DNA from: Eledone cirrhosa
Taxonomy: Eukaryota
Assembly: GCA_964016885.1 (NCBI GenBank)
Contig: OZ024742.1
Location: 301,878,001 to 301,942,000 of the forward strand
Direction of reading: 5' to 3'
DNA: 64,000 nucleotides
Part shown: in pieces, positions 52,721 to 64,000 of the stretch
How positions within the stretch are numbered: position 1 is the first letter of the stretch
Layout: every line of letters begins with the position of its first letter
Position numbers and translations under genes: made by a program
Notes under the pieces: model-generated
Database searches by the model: none
What the model was told of the DNA's origin: nothing
Seen by the model: the letters and a program-made list of their open reading frames with translations, nothing else

Positions 52721-55700
52721 CACACATATGTATATGTACTAAAGACAATATACTTTATGGTATTTAGTTCTATATGAGTTACATTCCTTTATGCCTAGTT
52801 TATTTCTGCTTTTCTTATCTTAATAGTTTGAACAAATCAGTATGAAACAAAGTACTGGAATAAATATATTCAACAAATACTAAAACTAGTGCCTTGGTAT
52901 AGTCAGTCCAATAACTGAAACCAATAAAACATTTTTCTTCTTTACACAACCCTACCTAACAACTTAATACAATAAACCTAAACTAGCCCGAAACACACCA
53001 CACAATATACAAATACCTAATTAAATTAAAACCCATCTACTGTACTGGTAATAAGGGGATGAACATTATCAAGCCACAATCACCCTCAATATCTGGTTTC
53101 TGTCAGGTTACAGCTACCAGATAAATTAGTACCATATATTCTGTAGTGCATTATATACTTAATCCTATCAACAGAAAAACCCTTTGAACCAGAGATCTTA
53201 GTCCACACAGTATTAGAGGCATGATACAATATATATAAACGGACTTTTTTAAATTAGATTGGGAATCAATTTTTAACTACTAAAATATTTTCTCATAGAA
53301 TTTTAATTTATCTTTTGCTAGACACAAGATCTTAGATTTAATGGTGAGAGTAATTAAGATCACATAACATTTGTATATTATTTTCTCACAAATATCAGTG
53401 ATGATAAAGCAGAGCAACGTCAACTGAGAGTAGAAAGAAAATGACAAGGCTTCACTTACCAGAAGCTTACCATTTATTAGTCTGCTGCTTCTGGCATAGA
53501 TTTTAATTATTCATTCTTATATGATGTATGTGTGTGTTTCCACTATACATACATTGTTCATATTTATTATTTTGTCAACCACATATCTTTTTTCACTTTT
53601 CTTTACTTTTCAAATTATGTTTTAACTGTTCTGTCCTTTTGTATCATCTTTATCTCTTTCCCCATATATATATATATATATATAACAGAGGATGTACATT
53701 TAAAATCGTCTCTCTTCTTTATAATATGTATATATAATTAATTATTACCACTTCTTTAAAAGCATTAACACTACATACACACAAGTCGCATCATTTTCTG
53801 CAACCATTGAATAAACCTTTAAAAGACTCTCTCTAGATATGTAAATTTTAAGGTCTATTGAATATTTTGATCATTATTATTGTAATCACCTCAATCATCA
53901 TCATCATTAGCAAGAACTATTAACCACATCTGATATTGTAGTCTTTCAGATGTGATTTTGAAATACATTGCAGCCAACAGCAACAAAGCCACTGTACAAG
54001 TCAAATATTTATCTATTATTCTATTTTTTGTGGGGTTTTATTTTCTTGTATGCATTTTCTCTCCTTAGCACCTGTTCTTTTATGATCTTGACAACCCTAA
54101 TTTTGGGGAATTATTATTGGTGGTGGGATTGGCAGAATTGTTAGTATCAGAAGACATTTATTCTGGCTCTTTATGTTCTGAGTTCAAATTCCACTGAGGT
54201 CAACTTTGTATTTCATCCCTTCAGTTGATATAATAATAAAATACCAGTTAAGTACTGATGTTGGTACAATCAACTTTCACTACCAAAAATTGCAAGCCGT
54301 GTGTTTAAATTAGAAACCATTATTATTATGAAGACAGGGGTGGTGGATTAGCAGTATCAGTAGAGCATCTGGCATATGATTGTGTTCAAATCCCTCTGAG
54401 GTTAGCTTTGCCTTTCATTTTTGTGGGGTTGCACCAGTAATGCACTGGGGTCAATTTATTTGACTTTTCCTTCCCCCCAAAATTGTTGACCTTGTGCCAT
54501 TATTATTATGAAGACAGGGTAGTGATGGTATAATCGATAGTGTTGAACAAAATACATGTTTAGCTTGTGAGTTCAATCTTGCCATTCATCTGAAGTTGAT
54601 AAATTAAATAGTGAAGTTCTGTGGATCATTCAACTGGATTATACCCACCTTTCCACATATCTCAGTCTCTATCTTACAAATCATTAAAATATGGAAGGGT
54701 TTTCTATATTTTGAAACTTTCCTATTATGACAAGCTGTCTCATCATCCTTTGATTAAAATAGCAACAGGGTTCTACTTCCTCACATGGTAATTGATTAAA
54801 AATAATAAAAATTAAAATAATTCAGTTTTCTGTAATGTTTTATTTGTTTATTTGTTTATTTTATTTATGGTCATGTGACCTTTCAGAACCGGTATTTGGA
54901 CAATCATGTGACAACCTTTCTAGACTTAGTATTTGGACAATGTGTGTTACCATAGTCTCTTAACATTTCAGTGAGTAATCAAACCATAGTCAAATACATT
55001 ATATTGAACAATAAAAGAATAATGTTAGGTAATTATTAATCCATTGTTTTATCATCGTTTTGATTAACCAGAAATGAATGGTGTAAATGTAAACCCAGCC
55101 TTGAAAAGCACGTCCTATCCACTGGCTTCATTCAGAAACAATGGAGGTGAGCAGATACATCATGTGAAAAAAATAAAATATTGATACATAAATGAATCAA
55201 TGAAAATAGATAATTGAGAGCGAATATGTTGTAAAGTAAACCTCAGTTTAGCTGACATCCATAAAAAGGCAGTCTTATATTTGGTATTAAGTTAGTAGTC
55301 TATGTAAGAGGTGATAGTTATTGTGAAAGATAGGGAAATAAGTATATCCATTAGGTTGTATGTTGATCTCTCCATGGAAGGGCCATAAAAACTTATTTAG
55401 AGTGCCATGTCTTGGTATTACAAATAGCTGTAATTACACCTGTATTTATCATAGTCAGTCTATCCTAGACTTCAGTTTCTCTAGTGTTATGTGGATGAAA
55501 GAAAGCCTCACCCCACCAAAGTGCAATATTAAAAAATGTAAAACATTTAATAGCAACTTAGTTTTGTCTGCCTCTCAAGTAACAGTAACATACTGGTTAG
55601 ATTCAACACGACATTTTGCCTAAATTAAAGTCAATTATTATTATTCATTAGAACATCAGATAAAATATGTTATGGTATTTGTTCCATTATTTATTTTCTG

Positions 55701-56409
55701 ATTTCAAATCTCACCAAGATCAATTTTGCTTTTCATCCTTCTGGAGTCAAAATAAAGTACCATTCAAGTACTGGAGTTGATCAAATCTACTATACCCACC
55801 TTATCAAAAATGTGACTTAGTGGATGTGCTACAAATCATTACTGAGTACCCTTTTGAATTCCATGTGTTCAACACCCATGGACATATTTACAAAATCAGA
55901 AAACAGTACAGCTTCCTTGAATTTTGGAAACATTTTTTCACATTGCTGAAGCATGGAACCAACAACTTGCATCAGTTGTTAGCTGTCAGGATAGGATACT
56001 GCATCCTTCAAAACTTCCATATTTCTTGAAATTCACCAACACTACACCTAATATTTCCCCTCGATACACACACATGCATGTATCTGTGTGTATAGCGTGA
56101 CTCATACAGTTCACTTTCCTAAAATTTGTACATGCCCCTTTGATGAGTCGTAGTGCACCTGAGCACTCTACACAATAATTTTCATTATTATTATAACATG
56201 TAATCTTAAAAGAAGCCTTTTAACCACACACAAATTTCATTTGGAAAGGAATTAATGTCATTGGAAGATCTATTTGCAGAACATATTCTATTTTTACCTA
56301 AGTTGCAGATCAGTAAAATGTTCAAGGTAACTTTAATATTTTCCAAATCCCTTACATACCACAACATTCTTAGCTTTGATACTATTTTCTGATTAAGTAT
56401 TTATATCTT

Positions 56410-56634
56410 TTAACCCTTTAGCATTTACATTACTCTATATATATACTATTTTATTTTCGGGGTAAAGGCTTTACCCCACATAATTATCTCATACAATATC
56501 AAATCTATGAGATTTTGATATTTATTTTGAGAACAATACCTTAACGGTATGAGTGGCTAGTTACAGCTGGTTTGAACAGAAAGAGGTGAGAGAATTCTGG
56601 CCAGATACAGCCGGTTTAAATGCTAAAGGATTAA
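56410..56634 (+). mobile_element. piggyBac-like MITE family 1
   Basis: TTAA plus TIRs; full body. Confidence 0.85.
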
Positions 56635-57619
56635 ACTAAAACTTCTTATTTACACAACTGACAGTGTAGAAAGCTGATCTTAGGGTGGTGAACATCAGAA
56701 AAGAAGGAGACAAGTGGGAGAAAGATGTGGTGAAGGTAGGTTGAGGAAGACCAGAGCAGAAGTAAAATCTGATAATGGGGACATGAATTTGACAAAAGAG
56801 ATACAAGTGGAAGGGTTCTGTACTGTAAAAGACTCATCTAACCTTCTCAACCATGGAAAAGTAAATGTAAAACTGATGGTGATGAAGAACCTGGTCTGAA
56901 TTTAGATTTGAGTGTGAAGGCCATGAGTACACAGTCTCTTCCTCCATATTAACCCATTAAAAATGTATCTACTTTAAAAGTGCAACAATTTGTGTAAAAT
57001 AATCAGTTTAAATTCCTTATGGAAATAAATACTTTCTGTATAGACAAATGCAGTGACTGGGTGTGAAGGGTTTGTGTAAATATGTATTTATGTATGCACA
57101 CATAGCTATGTAAATATGTGATTATGTATGCATACACACATACATAGCTATGTAAATATGTATTTATGCATACACAGACACCAGTGAGAGATTGACAATA
57201 AAGATTTAGGTTTGAAAACTAGGTTACTGGATCAGTGAAAACACACAGGTGTTAAAACAGAAGATAACAGAGAAAAGGAAAGGACAAACACACCACAGGG
57301 ATTATAGAAGACATTTACAGTTCCTTGCTTCCATATATATGGATCCCACATAAAAGTAGCAGTAAACCACTACCATATCCCACACACCACATCAAGAGAA
57401 TGATCATCAGCTATTTTAGAGTTTTCCAGTTATAACTTGGTGGCAGGACGCGATCATCATTATTTAACGTCTATTTTCCATGCTAGTATAGGTAGGACGG
57501 GCTGTCCGTTTGTGAGAGATCTAGGTCGAAGGACCATGTTTCACTCACATAAAACTGATTTTGACTTGGTTTGTACAGCTGGATGCCCTTCCTAACGCCA
57601 ACCAGGAAAAGAGAATTGT

Positions 57620-59445
57620 AACTCGTTGCACGATTTCTCTCATTCTCTTCATCATGGGAATGGATTTCTTTATCATAACTGCTGGGAAAGAATGCCAAGA
57701 AAGAAGCATAGTATTTGGCATCCAACAACACCCAATAAGAGGTTTTATTAACAATGGAACTGTAATGACCACAATGCATGTGGAGGTGAAATACATGTTA
57801 ACTGTATTTAATCATATGGCAACCTGGGCTAGCATGAGGTTCAATCCAAGGAAATCCAGGAATATGGTGATCAAGAAATAGGTTCAGCTCACAAGTGCAA
57901 GGAGAGTCTTGTCCATTGATATAGGAAAATCCAATTGAATGCTTTGGAAAGTGGTTTAACCCTTTAACATTTACATTATAGAGGCACATGGCTTAATGGT
58001 TAGAGCCTTGCAATCGAAAGGTTGTGAGTTCAATTCTCAGACCGGGTGATGTGTTGTTTCCTTGAGCAAGACACTTTATTTCACATTGCTCCAGTTTACT
58101 CAGCTGTAGAAATGAGATGATAAGGACTGGGGTCCATATCATATTATTCCACTGCAAAGTGGTCGTAGAGGTGCCACGGCAAAAAAGCACCCAGCCCACA
58201 CTGTAAAATGGACGTGTAGGCGCCACGGAAAAAAAGCACCCAGCACTCACTGTAAATGAGGTTGGTGTTAGGAAAGGCATCCAGCTATAGAAATCAAGCC
58301 AGAATCAGTTCCCGTCCCACCCTTGCTAGCAGGGAAAAGCGGACGATGATTACTCTATATTTACTATTGTATTTTCAAGGTAAAAGCTTTATCTTGCATA
58401 ATTATCTCACATAATATTGAAGCTACAATATTTTGATGTTATTTATTTTGAGAACAATGCCTTAACATTGGAACGAATGGCCAATTACAGCTGGTTTGAA
58501 AAGAAATAGGTGAGAGAATTTTGGGCAGATATGGCCGGTATAAATGCTAAAGGGTTAATTATTCTTTTATTGCTAGGAACAACATCACCAATACAGAAAG
58601 GCAGACAGAGGAATAACTCAGCAGGACTGAAAAATCAGGGTTTCCAGGGAAATTCAAAGCATGGTGGTATTGATACGGTTTGTGGCTGTTGACAGTGTTG
58701 TATAAGATTACCATGACAATGTTGGAAGAAGTGGAGAAAATCAACACAGACTACCAAGCCTCAATGTTCACTTCTTCAAAAAATCAGAACAGCTCAAGCT
58801 TCCTCTGTTATCTATGGCAGAGGAATTCAAGGTGGAGGTCAAGTGTAGAGTAATAATAATGGACAGAGACACTCAGGATGCAAGTGGATTGCTAACAGAC
58901 GTGTCAGCTACCCACTTACATCTTCTCATTTCCAACAGTGGGAGAAACAACACCAGAAGGAAAGAAAGATGAACATCAAGAGCTGTGAGGCTGACATTCC
59001 AGGGAGCCTTGGCTAAATGGGACCTCACTATGAAGAAGAACACATGTGTGGCTCTATAGAGACAACAACCTTTCCACATTTCCTTTCTGTTGCAGGCTGT
59101 GTATGACATACTCCAATTCACCAACAAATTTACATAGGTAGGGTGCGAGGGAAGCAAATTGTGTAGATTCTGTGGGCACTATAGTAAACATTATTAGGAT
59201 ATATAGGTGGGGCTTGTTCAAGGGAAATACAGATGGCATTACATCAAAGTGCTCATGATACATGGTAACACTTTGGTGTTTCTTACATCTTTCTTGTTCC
59301 AAATACAGAGGAAACCAACACCATCAATTGTGTTCATGAAAGAAGGAGAAAAGCCGTCTACTTCAGTCAGGATAATAAGCAACCTGCTACAAAAGGGCCA
59401 GTTATAGGATATTGAGGTTGACCTCGGAGAAACATTGCAATTTCC
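57620..59445 (+). mobile_element. Degenerate Hero/NeSL-like RLE LINE, split by a MITE and a SINE
   Basis: RFNPRKSR, GKWF, WLLTVYKI, FHISFLLQAVYDIL and QGKYRWH motifs, with many frameshifts. Confidence 0.65.
57956..58558 (+). mobile_element. piggyBac-like MITE family 1 containing a SINE (57979-58350)
   Basis: TTAA duplicated at both ends; the MITE resumes exactly after the SINE (gat)n tail. Confidence 0.85.
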
Positions 59446-59846
59446 TGAGTTCAAATCCAACCAAGGTTAGCTTTGCCTTTCATTCTTTCAGGGTTGATAA
59501 AATAAAGTACCAGTAATGTACTGTGGTTGATTTAATCAACTTTCCCCTCTCCCAAAAAATTGCTGGCCTGGTGCCTATAGTAGAAACAATTATTCTTGAG
59601 AGAGAGAGTGAGAGGGGTGAAAGTGAGAGAGGTGGGAGTGAAAGTGTGAGAGAGGTGGGAATGTAAAGAGAATGGCCCCCAAAATGTTAAATAAAAGAAA
59701 TGTCCAACAGAGAAAAAGCAGAAATGTTTTGAACAAAATGGATTATTCACAGAACTTTTTTCTTTTTATTTTCTAATAACAGAAAGAAAAAATATAATAA
59801 TAATAATAATAATAATAACCATCGTCATAAATCATCAACGTTTAAT

Positions 59847-59969
59847 TCAGCGACCATCCCACTTTTCTAAACGTCCCTGAGAGAATACCAGGTTTTGTCG
59901 TGGTGCTGAACATATCTTATACTCTGTCTCTGATGTAGAACCATTCAAGTCCTGGCTTCCATTTTTACC
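59847..59969 (-). CDS. FAM91A1: FAM91A1 terminal coding exon
   Basis: Acceptor tgttgcag, phase 0. Reads GKNGSQDLNGSTSETEYKICSAPRQNLVFSQGRLEKWDGR* (TGA at 59849-59847), resembling the FAM91A1 C-terminal PxxNLxFxxGxLxxWxGR motif. Too short for the ORF track. Confidence 0.88.
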   Translation of the reverse strand, partial: GKNGSQDLNGSTSETEYKICSAPRQNLVFSQGRLEKWDGR

Positions 59970-60217
59970 CTGCAACATTCCAACACAAAATCAATTTTAA
60001 TAAAATAAGAAAAACTACAACAAAAAATGTCAGTTTGTTTGAATTAAATGTAAAATTAAATTGTCATTGATTAACAATGAGTATTTGTTTTATATTTGAA
60101 ATGTAGGTGTCCAAACGTAAAAGACAATAATAATAGTTGTTCACTATAAATAATAGTTGATAAAATTGGGTAAAGTACCTCTTGATATGGATCAACCATT
60201 ATTATAATCATTTACAG

Positions 60218-60380
60218 CAGGCATGTCAAACTGAGGGCCCTAGAGGGCCACATATGACAACTAATTGCGCATATTACAACAATTTTTTTTTATAATATGA
60301 AGATAAACATGCTTGTGCTGCAAAAACCTTTGCGTGGGCCACAGATGTGCTTGTAAAGAGTCGCATGTTTGACATGCTTG
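60218..60380. mobile_element. hAT-type MITE with 8-bp TSD
   Basis: ATTTACAG|CAGGCATGTCAAAC ... GTTTGACATGCTTG|ATTTACAG. Confidence 0.85.
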
Positions 60381-61304
60381 ATTTACAGAGTACCAGAGAA
60401 AATGCCTTCTGATGCTCTACATTCTTAGTTAAAATTCTGCTGAGGTCAACTTTGCTTTTAATTCTTCTGGGGTTAATAAAATAAAATACTAGTCAACACT
60501 GGGATTGATATAAACGACTATTCATCCACCCTTCTCCCATATTTTCTTCCCTAGTGCCTATAATAATAATAATAATAATAATAATGAAATTATTGCGTAC
60601 AGTGCTCAGGTGCACTACAACTCATCAAAGGTGCATGTATAGTACATAGAATAATGTACAAATGTCAGGAAAATAAACTCTTCAGTTGTGTTAAAGATAC
60701 AACAACCTCTCTAGTGTTGGTGATCTATACGATAAACACACCTAACACACTCTGGAAAGTGGTTGGTGACAGTGAAGGCATCTAGCCATAAAAAAACTTG
60801 TCAAACAAGGGGTTGTGATGACCCTTTAGTGGTGTCCAAGATATGACAACCTCCCTAGTGGTGGTGCCATGATAAAGTGCACTCTGTACACTAAGTAGAG
60901 TGTCGGAAGGTGTGAGATATAACTCCCTGGCCCATCTAAGAGATCAGTAACTTCAACTAAGTACTGACTTGCTCTGTGTTGACTCATCCAACCATTATCA
61001 GCAGGGAAAAAACAGATGTTAAATGATGATGATGATGATGATCACCATCATCATATCATGAGAGTGATAAATTAGCCACATGTTTAGAGAATTTGACAAA
61101 ATGTCTTGCAGTATTTAGTCACATCTCTTTTTTGCTCTGAGCTGAAATCAATCCAAAGCTTACCTTACATTTTTCTGGGGTTGATAAAATAAAGTTTCAG
61201 TCTAGTATTTTGTCCAACACTTGAATGATTTTGTCAGTCAACTGGCTTTGATTTCTAACATAGATGCTAGACCTCCAGGTAAGATTTATCAATCACTACT
61301 GTAA

Positions 61305-61647
61305 TGCATATGGTTTAGTGGTTAGAGTGTTGGGCTTGCAATCATGAGGTTGTGAGTTCGAGCCTCAGACTGGATGATGTGCTGTGTCCTTGAGCAAGAC
61401 ACTTTATTTCACGTTGCTCCAGTTTACTCAGCTGTAGAAATGAGTTGCGACGTCACTAGTGCCAAGCTCTATCAGCCATTGCCTTTCCCTTGGACAACAT
61501 TGGTGGTGTGGAGAGGGAAGACTGGTATGTATGGACGGCTGCTGGTCTTCCACAAAGAACCTTGCCCGGACTTGCACCTCAGAGGAGAGCTTTCTAGGTG
61601 CAAATGCCATGGTCATTTGTGACCAAAGGGGGTCTTTACCCTTACCG
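61305..61647 (+). mobile_element. tRNA-derived SINE in a FAM91A1 intron
   Basis: tggtttagtgg A box, gagttcgagcc B box, shared core, and a body matching 52390-52720. Confidence 0.8.
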
Positions 61648-61849
61648 TGATGATTCTATCAATCAACTGGTTTTGATTTCTAAAATAGATGTTAAACCTT
61701 CAGTTAAGAATTACCAATCACTAATAAAAAAAATGAAGGAGTAGAAATCAAAGCAAGAGGAATAATTCCCCTAAAAATCTGATTATTTCAACTAAAATCA
61801 ATATTTAACCTCGTAAGTTTAGATATTTCCAATAAAAGGAATACTTTAC

Positions 61850-61919
61850 CTGATAGTGGGTTATGAATGTTAATAGACGTAGAGAAAGTTTCCTACTGGA
61901 GTGGAGTAGTTGCTCTAAA
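61850..61919 (-). CDS. FAM91A1: FAM91A1 penultimate coding exon (70 nt)
   Basis: Acceptor tttgttttccag and donor CAG|gtaaag. AG from the previous exon plus T gives Ser, then LEQLLHSSRKLSLRLLTFITHYQ, matching FAM91A1 SLxxLLHSSRKLSL. Phases agree on both sides. Confidence 0.92.
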
Positions 61920-62399
61920 CTGGAAAACAAAGAAATATATAGTAGAACTGGTACAAACATATGGTGGTGGTGATGATGATGATGACAGTGGTGGAGGTGA
62001 CGATGGTAGCAGTGGTGGTGGACATGTTGATGATGGTAGTGGTGATAATGGCGATGGTTATAGAAGTTGAAGTAATGGTGATGATTTTCTTCTTTAAATG
62101 CTATAACTGCTGAAAAAGCATATTGAGAACCACGTAAAGTCTTTACGTCCTGAACCACATTAACGAAACAGTACTGACTGCATTACATTAAAAAGAAAAG
62201 TTTTTACTTTTAACACGGCAAATTTTCACAACAATCTGTCCGCTAGTAAATGTTTGAGTTAACAAACATTTTTTTAGATATTTACTACTAAATCATTATA
62301 GAATGTTAAGAGTTAACCAATGTGACTGTTTTATGTTATTTCTACTACATGAGTTTTTTATTGGCTCAATATGTTCGTATTTGTACCAAAAAATGTTAC

Positions 62400-62720
62400 C
62401 CTCAAAATGACATACTGTCAATTTCATACTGAACTGCAACTGTCTGCAGATAATTGTAGTTGTCTCCAAACATTGGTTGCTCTCTGACAGGTTTGCAGTT
62501 AAGCCCATGGCAGTGGAAACTTTTGGTATCCTTGGCCCTAGGGCTACCTCCCAGCTCACCACCATCAGCACAGAATTGGCTTCCTGCATGTGTGAGCCTC
62601 ACAAGCTGGAATTGCTCTTCCAGCGTCTCCCACACCATCCTCCAGGGAAACACCTCTATTCTGTCTGCCAGGGCTGTAGAGCAGCCAGCTCGTGGACCCC
62701 CATTTGCTTACAATAGTGAG
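62400..62720 (+). mobile_element. CRE-like LINE 3' fragment
   Basis: PMAVETFGILGP...LLFQRL motif of RLE-type LINEs. Confidence 0.65.
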
Positions 62721-62969
62721 AGATAGGAAGAGCGGGAGAGACGGAGGCGGTGACAGTGTGAGTTTGATTCTTGTGTTCAGACCTTGTGTATATGTGTATA
62801 AAGAGAATTAATTTTCCTTCTGTAATCTTTTAAAATTACTTGTCTATAAACTTACATCTGTCCATTAGATACTATAAAAATTTGAATTAACGGGAAAAAA
62901 AAAAAAATGAACCCCCCTAGTTATTACATACATCTAGTAACTTCTGACAATCTTACAAATAATACTAAC

Positions 62970-63546
62970 CTTTCATTGGTGCATAATTTCCCAGATGCAA
63001 CTCTCTGACAAACCTCTTTGTTGAGTTTTGACTCAAATAATGGAATGCCAAAAAAACAGTCAAGCAGTAGCCATGTATCTTCACAGTCTTCTACAGTACT
63101 GTCATCTTGGTCCTGTTCACTCGGTGGAATGATGTTTAAAGTAAGGTTATCTCTAGCAATGTTATTGTGGTCCATTTGTTCACTCTGTAGATTGTCCAAT
63201 TCATTAGAAAGTATGTCAGCACAAGCTTGGTTTTTAATACCATTACAGGGAGCATCTGTGTGATGCTGCTGTTGTTGTTGTTGTTGTTGTATATTAGCCA
63301 GTTCATTATAACTATTATCAAAGCTGGTCATACTGATTTCCTTCTCATCACATTTTAAGTCTGAATTAGTGTCAGATGTAAGAATTAGATTCTGGCTAAA
63401 GTTGGCCCCCAAAACGTCTACTGAGGAATCAACAGGTTTACCAATGTTTAATAATGTTATATAACCACATGTGTGTTGTAGGTCTATTGATTTAGAAAGT
63501 TTTTGAACAGCCTTATGATATTGGGAATTTTTCTGAGAGAACTTTC
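62970..63546 (-). CDS. FAM91A1: FAM91A1 internal exon
   Basis: Acceptor ttttctttcag and donor AG|gttagt. Translation KFSQKNSQYHKAVQKLSKSIDLQHTCGYITLLN...WLLLDCFFGIPLFESKLNKEVCQRVASGKLCTNE matches recalled FAM91A1 motifs (DLQHxCGYxTxLN; CFGIPLFxxxLNxxVC). Starts in phase 1, ends in phase 2. Confidence 0.92.
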
Positions 63547-63689
63547 CTGAAAGAAAATCACAGAAAATTACAATATGAGAGTTATCTCATTGGATTACAC
63601 CACATAATATAACAGGCAGGAAAAAACTGGCTTGAGTTTACAAGAGTTTACAATTAAATGAGAAATATGTTTAACTCTATTCAGTTTGA

Positions 63690-64000
63690 ATTCAATCAAC
63701 AGTTAAAAAAATGATTTGAAATTAGAAATATTGAAATCCAAACACAGTTGGATGTGTAATAGTAATATACGTAAACGGCAAAGCATAAATGAACTAAGTG
63801 AGAAATGAGGAATAAGAGGGATCAGATGCTATTTACTCGAGAGAAGAGTACGTTGGTATGCCACGTGATCCGCATGAAAGACGACAGCTGTATAAAAAAG
63901 TGTAGGGCGATCAAAATTGATGGTAGTTACGGAGTAGGTAGACCCAGAAAAACCTGGGACGATCTGATAAATTCCAACCTTACACACTTGCACCTCTCTA
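63690..64000 (+). mobile_element. RTE-like LINE 3' fragment
   Basis: RWY..., GRPRKTWDD motifs. Confidence 0.55.

Noticed and set aside
57979-58045. tRNA gene (also at 61305, 39268 and 8480-8542)
   Set aside because: A/B boxes only, no full cloverleaf; each continues into a SINE body.

Overview
AT-rich, microsatellite- and transposon-dense animal DNA; the repeat landscape suggests an octopus or other cephalopod (inference). Two protein-coding genes converge. On the + strand, a GAREM-like adaptor (C-terminal part of a CABIT domain, Pro/Tyr-rich linker, C-terminal SAM) has a ~2.5 kb terminal coding exon at 43690-46163. On the - strand lie the last three coding exons of FAM91A1 (63546-62970, 61919-61850, 59969-59847), with matching splice phases. 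The rest is intronic or intergenic: a piggyBac-type TTAA MITE family (9 copies), a Helitron, hAT/Tc2/pogo MITEs, modular tRNA-derived SINEs, RTE/CR1/CRE/Hero LINE fragments and minisatellites. Most notable: (1) a minimal hammerhead-ribozyme motif with a U3-A8 compensatory core at ~10312-10360 (-); (2) a perfect 108-bp palindrome next to it; (3) a ~46-copy 66-bp array that is stop-free on both strands and lies downstream of three splice-bounded antisense exon candidates; (4) three candidate alternative first exons, each phase-compatible with the GAREM-like exon. All calls come from reading the sequence by eye; family assignments rest on recalled motifs, and no searches were run.
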